Positions 12,027 to 23,800 of a stretch of 64,000 nt of DNA are shown piece by piece; position 1 is the first letter of the stretch, and each line of letters opens with the position of its first letter. Location of the stretch: assembly GCA_903813345.2 (NCBI GenBank), contig CAIIXF020000001.1, positions 44,330,001 to 44,394,000 of the forward strand, in the 5' to 3' direction. Source of the stretch: Owenia fusiformis. Lineage: Eukaryota. A program made the translations under genes and the position numbers. Under the pieces are notes generated by a model. That model was not told where the DNA came from and did no database searches. It worked only from the letters and a program-made list of their open reading frames with translations.

Positions 12027-14897
12027 TTAATTTGTTGGGCAGGAGTTAACCTGTACTTCTCCTGTTGTACTTGCTATCGCCAAATTCTGGTTCTTCCTGT
12101 TAAGTTTGAGATTGCGAATACATCCTACATATTGCTTGGTTGTATGACGACGTGGGACAAGATCTTCAGCTGTAATGGAATACAATAATCATATAGTGAA
12201 TATCTTCATTTGACTGAACGTTCCGCTATCTTAACACATAACAAATGCTCCGTTCATATGCAAGGAACCCAATGCTACCATCTTTTCAACAAGAACAAAG
12301 TATTAATTTTGGGTTGGAATGATGACTTTGGCATTAGATCTAACCTATCAGACCAAAACAATTAGATACTATAAATGTGATTTAATGTGTTCCCAAGACA
12401 TTCAACTGAGAAAATAAATTTTAGTTCATTAATTATTATTCAGTGTGTCCATAAAGTCTCTTTATAATTAAGTTAAGTCTAGAGAATTTTTAGATGCCCT
12501 GTATATTCTAATGCATACAAACAGAACCAGTAACAAAATAACTGTTGAGAAAAATGATAAATTTTCCTAGACATGTAAGAAAGGGTGTATATGAATGTAT
12601 CTCGAAGGTACTATTAAGAGACTAAGTATTTTATTAGAATTATGCCTTAGGAGCCTACCTGGCACTCCACCCAAGTAGAGTGGGTCATTGGTGTCGGTGG
12701 ATGACACGCCTGTAAGTCCAATACCCGGTGTGGCACCAGTGCCATCTACAGACAGCGCAACAAGATTCTTTGCTTTCTTCACTTCGATACTATGCCACAT
12801 TCCATTACAGAGCAAATTCTTACTAGGTGGATAATAGGTGGCGGTGATTGTACCATTACCATTGTCTGCTTCTGCAGTGATCTAAAATATGCAAGGACAA
12901 ATGTATAAGACTTATTGATGTGTTTATTCAAGGTATGAAATTCAATACTTCAAGATTACAATGCAAACAAATATACCACCTGAGATGAAAAAAGCATTGT
13001 GTTTGAAAAGGTGATCATATTATTCATCTTATACAGAAACTTTGAAATGTGAATACATTGTATCTGCTAATCCTAACACTTTTGGCTAGTGTCAGTGCAG
13101 TTCGGATTAGACAGGTTTTACTGTATATTAGACAGGTTTTACTGTATATTAGACAGGTTTTACTGTATATTAGACAGGTTTTACTGTATATTAGACAGGT
13201 TTTACTGTATATTAGACAGATTTTACTGTATATTAGACATGCTTTATACCTTAAGTTTTTCATACCAAAAAGAATATTAACATTTTTACAAATACACAGA
13301 AGTAAAAAATTTAAAAAATTGGTACTGATCAATAAGAAATATACTGGGAAGTCACAATAAACATCTGATACAACTGAAATATTTTAAAAACTAACATTTC
13401 CATCAACCAGCTGAATGAGCAGGTAATCGCCCTTGGAGGAGGCTACTGACAGAATGACACCATCTCGAGATCTAGGCTTAATGTCAACGGTGATATCAAG
13501 ATCAAGTCCGACTTTGAAGGCATCATCTGTAAAACAGTAAATGAAATAATGCATTATTTCATCAAAATTGTGGAACATAATTTATAATTAATACTGCCAT
13601 ACATGTTCTCAAACCTAAACTGTTTCAATGGCGCAAATGCATAATGCAACTTAGTCTAAGATGTCCCTATTATAATTATTTATACACATTATGTCCAAAT
13701 AATACTCACATAATTTAAGATGTCCCCCACTCGCTGGGATAAAGCTGCCAACCTCTACATTCTCACGACATCCCTCAGTGCCAACACTAGAAGTAGGCTC
13801 ACCAAGCAACTTTTTATTTTGAGTGAAATTACGCAAACAGCCAGCAAAACCTTGGTTCGCATCACCCAGGATTCCAATAGCTTTCTTTGATACTTCAGGT
13901 GAAAGACCACCAACATAGAAGGGCCCTGCTCCGATATTGATTGAGCGGGATCTGCCTTGAGAGGCCCCCTCCGCCACCTTCTTGTCATCCACATAGAGGA
14001 ATCCTCTGCGCTGATCTCTTTCAATTCTCACCTTGAATAATGAATAGGGAATTTTTATGGGACAAGTCAAATCAATATTTTGTGACAAAACTAATGACAA
14101 ATCATGTGGGAGAAGTAAAGTCAAGTTTTGATACTTGCAGTATATGGAAAATTATTGAATGTTTGATAATGTTACTTCAGTAAAAATATACAGTACATAT
14201 ACAATGTTATTAGACTATACATGTTTCATAACCATGGGTAAAATTAGCAATAATATATTGTATGTGGCACTATACAAATTACAGTGCCATAAATACCTTA
14301 TGCCATTCGCCATCATTGTAAGTATCCTCGCTCTCAATAACGGCTGGTCCACTGCCACAGTTGAAAGCAAAGAGAATCTTTCCATTTTGCATGTAAAGAG
14401 CAATGTAGTCAATGCTTCTACCATCTACAGCAAAGAAGAGAACCCCTGTGGTGCCAGTGGTGCGCATCTCTACTGTGAAGTTGAATCTGGAGACAAACAA
14501 AACACCAATGACATTCAGTGGTCAGTGGATAAAGATATACATGAGAGAGTTCTGCTTTGATGCTATGCTTTGGCCTTCACATGAGCATGCGCAAGTTGGA
14601 TATTGTATAATAAAATGAGAAACAGCAACTCCATGGAGTATCAAACCATGGATTTTTACAGGGTTCTGAGGCAATGAACCAATGAAAGATGAACAGGTAT
14701 TGGCCTTCATAACCTCGCTTGTATATGTGCAAAAGTTTAAACAATGTATAGTATGTACCTTATTTTATAAGAATCGGGTACTGATTCGTATTCATGTCGG
14801 CTGTCTGCTTGACGTCCAAACCTAGTACCAATGACTACAGCACCCTCTTCAGGCACTGCAGGTACCAATGGTAGAGCACATGTCTGTTTTCCAATTA
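12027..14897 (-). CDS. Laminin alpha LG4-LG5 exons (14759-14897, 14297-14486, 13710-14031, 13396-13526, 12659-12881, 12027-12169)
   Basis: CALP...[26 protein letters not shown]...[15 protein letters not shown]...[21 protein letters not shown]...[19 protein letters not shown]...SCPTN*. Confidence 0.93.
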
Positions 14898-17800
14898 CTA
14901 AAACAAAATGTGTCACTCATGAAAGCAATGGACTAAATAGTAAATACATGTTCGATTATCATTACTGTACATTTTTTTTTCATAAATGTGAAACAATAGG
15001 TTGATTTTGTGCTGTTATTATATGTCATTAACTATTCTGTCAACAAGAGTGAAGTCTCACACCATTAGGTAATTAGAAAGATACAATAAGTTAGAGCACA
15101 CAAAACACATAAATATAAATTACTGTAGATAAATCATGGTTAAAGAATACATCATAAATAGTGAAATCAGACTTATAATCATAGAATAGTGAATAAACAA
15201 TTTTCTATTGAATCATTCTGCAAGATGATACGATAATTGGAATGTGGCTGTATTTTTGTAGCTTTATGTGGCAATTGTGATTTTGTGTGGCAATATGTGA
15301 GTTTGTGTGGCAATGTAGCTTCATGCAACACTGCATTGTTTCATACATATCTACTAGAAAAATAGATAATGAATATTTTTTATAGAGAATGCAATTTGGT
15401 TTCTTCTCTCTGCCAAAATTGGATTCTTAACTAATATTCTATAGCAATACAAAATACCATTCACACATACATGTATATTCATTCAGACACACACTCATGC
15501 TGTGATAATCATTTTTCTATTTTGCTATCGTGCAATATATTGCTACCGGTATATATATTCATGAATTCACCCAAGTCAGTTCAGAATTATATCACAAAAT
15601 TCACAAAGTACATAAACATTGTACAAGTACATAAATATTGTAAAAGTCCAATCAGATAAATATTGTACAAGTAATTTAAAATATTGTACAAATTCTACTA
15701 ATAATCCAATATTGTAAGTTCATATGCATATATTGCACTTAGTATTGATCAATGAGTATCAATATTGAACAACAAAATGACGACAGTATCGCACATTTTA
15801 TGTGCGATAAAAATATTCATTTGGGTGTGTGGCTATTACCTGTATCTCTTATTATTATCCAGTTACCAGTCACTCCATCATAGGTGGATACACCTACATA
15901 GTCGGATCTGAATCTACGTGAATCATCATATGTCATGAAGGTATTCCGTCCCACATTGCTACCTTTTCCTACTCTGAAGTTTCCACCAGTCCAATCAATC
16001 CAGAAATCTCTAAAGTCTGAACCACTCAAAAATCCTGGGGTTCCAACCCTGGCAACCTCGTTACCCTGGTAACCATCTAGGATGTAGGAGTACTGGTTGT
16101 TATCACCTCCAATGATGAACTCGTGTGAAGCATCAGCTTGGTTTCTAGTTGGCGAGAAAAGGACTCTTGCTTGTTCGCCAGCACGTACTCGGAATTTGAA
16201 AGCGTTGTGGTCACGAACGATGAAGTCATCCACCCAATTGTATTCGTAGCGTGGTGGAGTGATTATCTCTATAAAAGGTGTATCTGATTGAATTCCTGGT
16301 GATAAAGTTAATATCATAACTATTGCTATATCGGTTGCTAGGGAAACTTACCTCCGATAACAGATACAAAGCAAATGTTCTTCTGAGGCATGTTGGGGCA
16401 TAATTATAATGAGACAAATTTGGGCACACAGTCATGCTTCAAAACACATCTCTACTTTTATGTCAAGAATGCACGTTGTCATAGCGCATAATTTGCAAGC
16501 AGCATGGTGATCTTATATAATATTCAAATATACCAAATGTGTCTCAGCCAATCAGAACAGAGTATCTGAGAAACATGAAATGCCTGTCAGTAATGCATTA
16601 TCGCTAATTGTTGAATGGTTTACACTTTAAAGTGCATTACCACCAATTGTTGAATGGTTTACACTTTAAGTGCATTATCACTAATTGTTGAATGGTTTAC
16701 ACTTTTAATTCGATTATCATAAATTGATTTTGCTGAGGAGGGTATATTTGAATTTTCATAGAGAATCCTGTTTCATTCTATATAATATTGAAAAATATAT
16801 ACAGAATGATACAGGAATGATACTTAATTAACTACAACTAGTGAGGAAATATAGTACATTACTATGTATAAGGTACATAACATTTTTGAATAATATATAG
16901 CAAAACTGATTACCCAGGATTATTGAACCACAATGTGCAAGTGCATAAACATTGTACAAGTTCTTGTACATTAATATTAAACATGTGCATTAATACTGTG
17001 CACATCCAAGTGCATTAATATCAGGGTGTGAAAACATGGAAAGTATTTTCATCCAAACAGTATAATTTTATTTGGTAACCCGTAAACATTCTGTAGTGAT
17101 TCCATACCTGGTGATACATTCATACTGTTAAAGTACATCAGGGGGCATTCGGTTGTTGACAGCCATTTATCTAGTTTTTCTAGATTGTGGGGTTAACTAA
17201 AGAAATATTTTGATTTTGAAAAATTTAGGGTGTCAACTTGCTACAATTGAATGTTTCCCCGATGTACTGGGAACAGTATGCATGTATTGGCAGGTGTGGA
17301 AGTACTAGGCAACATTAACAGAAGACCAAATAAATCTACACCTTCCTATTTTTTTTAAATAAAAAATTGTGTTTTCGTAGTGTATTTCCTGTTGTATTTG
17401 ACAAAAATACTCTTCATGTTTCCACCCCCTAAATATTGTCCATGCCAATTGAATTAATATTGTACAAGTCCAAGTGCACATATTCTTCAACAAAGTACAA
17501 CTCTTACTACAGTATGCTGAAAAATAAAATCATATCATTTCCATTACCTGTGTCTCTCACTATTATCCAGTTACCAGTCACGCCATCATAGGTGGATATA
17601 CCCACATTGTCGGATCTAAATCTACGTGAATCATCCCATGTCATGAAGATATCCTGGCCAACATTCTGTCCATTTCCTACTCTGACGTTTCCACCAGTCC
17701 AATCAATCCAGAAATCGTTATAGTCTGAACCACTCAAAATATCTGGGGTTTCAACCCTGACAACCTCGTTACCCCGGTAACCATCTAGGATGTAGGAGTA

Positions 17801-20800
17801 CTGGTTGTTATCACCTCCAATAATGAATTCGTGTGAAGCATCAGCTTGGTTTCTAGTTGGTGAGAAAAGGACTCTTGCTTGTTCGCCAGCACGTACTCGG
17901 AATTTGAATGCATCTTGGTCTCGGGCGATGAAGTCTTCCACCCACGTGTATGAGTAGCGTGGTGGAGTGATTATTTCTAGAAAAGTTGTAGATGAATGAA
18001 TCCCTGGTGATAACATTCAACACCATGGCAACTGTTGCTATATTGGTTACTATGGAAACTTACCTTAGTCAGTAGAAACAAAGTAACTAGCCGAGTGGGT
18101 TATGTTTGAACTATAGCAAAATGAGGTAGAAGCCTTATGTTCACAGTACAATCTAACTATATAGGAAGACACGAAGCAAGCAAATTTTGCATTCTAGACA
18201 TTTAACATGTAAGTACAGCAAAATCCTTGCAAGCCTAATACATTGCGGTGACTTCATTTCATCTATCCAGTGATTTGGCTTGCTTTCAAGATTACTGCCA
18301 TTTACTATAGCTACTAACAGCCCATTCACAATACAACACATGCAATCCTATCATTCTCTCCTAATAACAGCACACATATTAAATAGTCTAGTATACATGC
18401 AGTACATAAAGCTAAACAAAAAGTTATTACTAAGAGAATCAGAAATCTACACCTAATTGTGTATATCTATGTTGAAAATAAAGTCCTAATACACATGTAA
18501 AGCATAGTATTAGGCGAATTTTGGTACTGCTGCCTTTGTACTGCAAGATGTACAACATATGTCTTCTTTACTATCAAAAATATATTATTCCTATAGCAAC
18601 AACAACTTCAAAATTTATGAATATCTCAAGGGAGGATTGGCTCCCAGAGTGCAACATCGATATTTTTGCCATATATGGGCATGTTGTGATGTTGTGATAT
18701 CAAAATCAAAATGAGAAACAAAATTCTTGAGTTTTCTTTAACTGGTTATTTCCTTTTCACAATTTTATAGAAAATAGATCTAGGGATATCTCTAAAATGT
18801 TCAAAAAGTAGACAGTTGTCATATTAAAAAGTAACAGGTTGAAATGTAAAAAGTAAAATGGCTAAGTTAGAATGCATACCAAATGGTTCAGTGCTAGTGA
18901 TGTTAACGAAAACATAGGACAAATACTTTGTGATGCAAAACTATGCGTGAACATATTACATTAGTGAGCATAAGTGACCCAGCACAATCCCATATACACA
19001 TACATGCACATTCTTAGAAGTTACTATTATAAATCAAATTAATGAGAAAATCTATGAAAATAGTTTCAGTGAATTATATTTTGCAAAACCAAACCATTCA
19101 GCTCATATTATTTAAGCATGCATATAATCACAAATTGTTATAGAGCACACAAATTGTTATAATGTAGAACACACAAATTGTTATAAAGCACACATTGTTG
19201 TTAGTACAATTGCAATGTACATTTATACAGATTCAATGATCAATTATAAAATTACATGTATATGAACCACTACAAATAAATGATCTTTACTCTTAAATTA
19301 ACTTTATAAGTGAATAGCTTATAGTTTAACTCTAAGTTAGCCTAATGGAATCTAATTTCAGTCTCATTCTGTTCTACGCTTGGGAGGGAAAGTGGGGATA
19401 GGGAGGGAGCTATGTGTAGATGTAATTACAAGCAAGTTTTTGAAAGAGAAGGAATTTTCCTTCCGAAATAACGTCTCCAATAAATCCTGCAGTATTTCAT
19501 AGAATGAGATATAGTGATATATGAATATACCGTTATTTCTAGTTTGAACATAAGAGAAGACCTTGAGAGAGGATGCAATATCCGAAGCACCAAGCAAAGT
19601 ATAGCGGGTCCTTGAATTAAGAATGTCGCACCCAAATATCTTACCAGTAGTATTTTTACCAATGTCACCATCAGGTGAAGGTCTAGTGTCTATGTCTATG
19701 ACTGGTGTTTCAGGGTCCTCTATATGGCAGGTAGCTAAATAGACATTCACTCTATTGTCAGGAGCAGTTTCGCCAAAGTCCAATAATCTGTAAGATGTAT
19801 AGAGCTAAAGGTTCAGCATCAAGCTTATCTGAACTGATGGTGTATAAGTATAAGCAGTAAAGCAACAAAAAGTGCAGGCTGGCAAACATGCTAATCTCTC
19901 CTTCCATTGGTTGATGAACTAGAAACCTAAAAGCTAAATAACAAAGCCTTGCAGCTATAGGCGCATGGGGCAGGGGATGTATGGTGTTCTAGCTACATCA
20001 ACAGGTTCTACATGGGATGGAAAGCTACTGCTATATCATGCTGTCAATCGCCAACAAAGCAGCCCAAGCATGGGAAATGGGTATGATCATTTTCCCGCCT
20101 TTTTCTATGAGTGACCTTGACCTTACCTCCTGAAGGGAGTTTTGTCGGAGGTGAAGTAGGTGGTAGTGTCGGTGGGGGTGTCATATCAACTAGTGTACAA
20201 ACAGCCAATTGTACATTGAATGATTCTTTTTTGTCAGCAAAGTTTAGGTAACTGAAACATGGTTAGTGATGATTTGATGAAAAATTTGAATAAACACAAC
20301 ACAACTCAAAAAAAGAATAAAAAGAAACAAAACATGAAAAATCAAAACATGAAAATAATATTTTGCTAATATGTAAGTTTTCTCTACATGTAAGTATTTT
20401 TCAAAATGATGTAATCATAATATTAAGTAGATAAGTAATTATTTTGTCAGTTTGAAGCTGTTATAATATTAAACTCCTAAATTTTAGTCTACGAAAAATG
20501 TCCATATATTTTAAAACAAACAATTACTGTATTATTATTAGGAAATTTTGGGGTTCTGAAAATGAAACATACAATTAAGTCATGTATCAACCAGGAAAAA
20601 AGAACATTGAAACATTGAAATCGTTTATAATACTCAATGTAGCAAGAATCTGCAAAAAGATCATTTCATAATTCTAAAACTGTTGAAATGGAGACACAAA
20701 AGTCTTTGATATCCCAATCTAAGATGCAAGAGTCCTTATGTTATACTTTAACATGCTTTACCTTCCATTAACAGTTACATCTCCTATACATCCAGCAAAT

Positions 20801-23800
20801 GGTTTGACAGTTGGTATATTCTGTTCAACTATGGTGTAGTCATCTGGTACACCACCATAGTACTGGTAGCTGTTGGTGCTTAACTTCCTACGTCTGGTAC
20901 CTGTAATAGGTCCCTGGATGTTCTCTTTGTCATCTATATTAAGGGTAACACTGAAATAAACACATGATAATGTTGGGTTAATATTGAATGATAAACTTGG
21001 AAATATTGAAATTTACCAAATTTCAATGATGCACTGTGGTTGGTCAGATCACATCACATGACCAGTTAATAATTCTATAATATCAAGGCATTAACATGAC
21101 ATCACATGACCTAGTTGCTCATAATATTATGAGTTCAATCTTTAAGTAAGATTTAACTTCTGAGAACTTGTAGCTGATCTTGAAAAATAAATTGGTCAAT
21201 TTGAAGCAAGTTGAAAATACCTTTTGACCTTTTCTTGAGAAGGTCATTGAAAGTCAAATCTCAAATCCAAAGTCAGATTTGAACTTCTGCAAACTTGTAG
21301 ATAATTTTGAACTTTGGTCAATTTGAAGCAAGTTGAAAAAAACACCTTTTTGACCTTTTTTGACCTTGAGAAGGTCATTGAAGGTCAAATCTAAAGTCAG
21401 ATTTGAACTTCTGCGAACTTGTAGATGATTTTGAACTTTGGTCAATTTGAAGCAAGTTGAAAAAAACACCTTTTTGACCTTTTTTGACCTTGAGAAGGTC
21501 ATTGAAGGTCAAGTCTGAAATCTAAAGTCAGATTTGAACTTCTGAGAATTTGTAGATTATCTTAAAAAAGGTTGTCTAATTATTATTTGTAAGTTATTGG
21601 AAGTTGTAAGAATTTGTTACAGATGCCAGACGCCAACCGCATCCACAAACAAAAAGTTGGCGACTATACAAAGTCTTATTTGGGAAGACAAAGTTTCTAT
21701 AACCACCAATTCTAATTTTCTGATATTGCTTAAATATTTTTTAAAATGAACAACTATATAATTGTATACCATACCAATTTCATGGTTTCAATTATTGTCA
21801 TATTCATAGATTATCAAGTCAAAATACCTATCATTAGACTTCATAAGCTGTAAATTTCAGTTCAAATACTTTCATAAAATTGTCCTGATCATAAAGGTTT
21901 GAAGGAAAATCAGGCACTCACGTCAGGTCTTCCTTCTTTAATGAGACATAATGCCATTTGCCATCGTTGTAGGTATTTCCACCAGAATTGACGGTGCTTA
22001 ACTTGCCATTGCCTGGCACAACACCAATAGCAATCCTTCCATCAACCATTGACACAGAGAATGCTTGAGACTGTAAAAGAAGGATAATTCTCATCATAAC
22101 AGACGCAGTTTCCATCATACAAACATGCAGAAAATCAAAAGCGAAGCTACGTCAATAAGAACTTTTAACATAAGACATAATGAATGAAAACAACAAGCAA
22201 AATAACAGAAATTAATATTTCTGCATGGAAATGATTGTAAACAACAAAGTAAGGTAAAACTACCAAAGAAATCACTTGGTGTCTGTTGTACCTGATGCCT
22301 TTTGGCCAAGACTCCTTAACCTACTGACAACTACTTTATGGTATTTTAAATAAACAAGATACTTTAACAAAAATATCATTATTACTTCACTCTTGATGGT
22401 TTTATTGAATAAACAAGATCCATTAGACAAGACACGTTAACTCAAGCACATGTTATTGCTCAAAACATACCTGATCGTCATTAGCAGAATACATCATGAT
22501 ACCATCCTCTTTATTGCTCTTAAATCTGAATGTCATCTCATAGACTTTGCCTACATTCACAGTGGGCATAGCTACGTAACCCGGGGCATCCTCTTCAATA
22601 GAGAACACCTTGGCTTCCTAGAGATGAATAATAAGAACACATTGATAAATGGCATTGTTAAGAGGCAAGGTTTTGAGAAGCCATCTATGGAACAATTGAA
22701 GAAGTTATATAGACACAATTTAAAAGTGAAATCATTTATACTATTGAGGAGGATTTCAAATTAACTACCGATGTGTTGACAGATAGATGGATGGACAGAC
22801 AGACAAACATATTTCGGATGAAACTTTTTACAAGGCTGTTTTCTACCTCTAACTTTATAACACATCGGTCCAAGTATGGGATAAATATTAACTTACATCA
22901 CTGCACCCAGGGGACACTCCTACTGCCTCTAAATTGGAACCGAGGTCCTTTTCATTGCCATCAAACTGAACAGATGTTATGCAACCTATGAGGCCTTGGC
23001 TAGAAACACCACTGAAATATCAACATCAAATCAGGGTAAAGATAAATACATTAACTCAAGAGAACAAAAAGAAACATGTAAAAATGTCTTTACAGAATGA
23101 AAACATTATCAATAATATTCACAAAAAATTAGTTTAAATCAAGTATCAGACTACAGATGTAAAAGTTCTCACATTGAATACATATTCAATCACATAAGTG
23201 CCCAGTATTAAACTTTCACAAATCATGTTATTACAATGTCATCGCACCCTTATGCTAAACGAATCAAATATTAGTGGGTGTGGTCACAAAAATTAGTGAA
23301 ATTCCAAGCCACCAACCAAACGCATTGATCTCACAAAATCTTTATCGGTCAAACCCCTAAATGATGTTAATGTAAACCCGAAAACTTGAGTCTGCCCCAA
23401 ATGTTAAACAATCAAACATAACCCCAAATGTGACAAACATGTGCAGCACATTCACTTCTTACTCTACTGCAATGTGGCCAGGAAGCCCTCCGATAAAATA
23501 TTCCCCAACCATTTCCAGCTGATCTATTACATCTTCAGTTAACTCAGCTTCAAATACTACAAAGGGCATTTTACGACTATATAAGATGACTTAGTAAGTA
23601 TTAGATATGACTAAGAAATGTTAAATGGACCATTTTCTGTACTTTTTGTTAGTTCAATATGAAGACTGTCATTTATGCTATAGCACTCACAAAATAGTAT
23701 AACTACAGCATACAGAGTGCTCCAAAAAGTTGGAGAGTCTATAATTCAAATACAAGATATTCAAAAAGTATAGGTACAGTCTACATATTGATTCAACATC

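Noticed and set aside
13024..13360. Repetitive ORFs (YSKTCLI, IRQVLLY, LDRFYCI repeats), one with a signal-peptide-like start
   Set aside because: They are translations of a 21-bp minisatellite that is open in several frames, inside a laminin intron.
15817..18016. FAMeT-like ORFs as an independent nested methyltransferase gene
   Set aside because: The ORF starts and stops lie in intron sequence outside clean phase-1 splice sites that match the laminin hinge, and no SAM-binding motif or separate terminal exon was seen. Not fully excluded without RNA data.
22292..22320. 29-nt micro-exon candidate (tag|GTTAAG...CAG|gtac) in LG3
   Set aside because: It would shift the frame between two phase-0 exons that already join cleanly, and its acceptor is weak.
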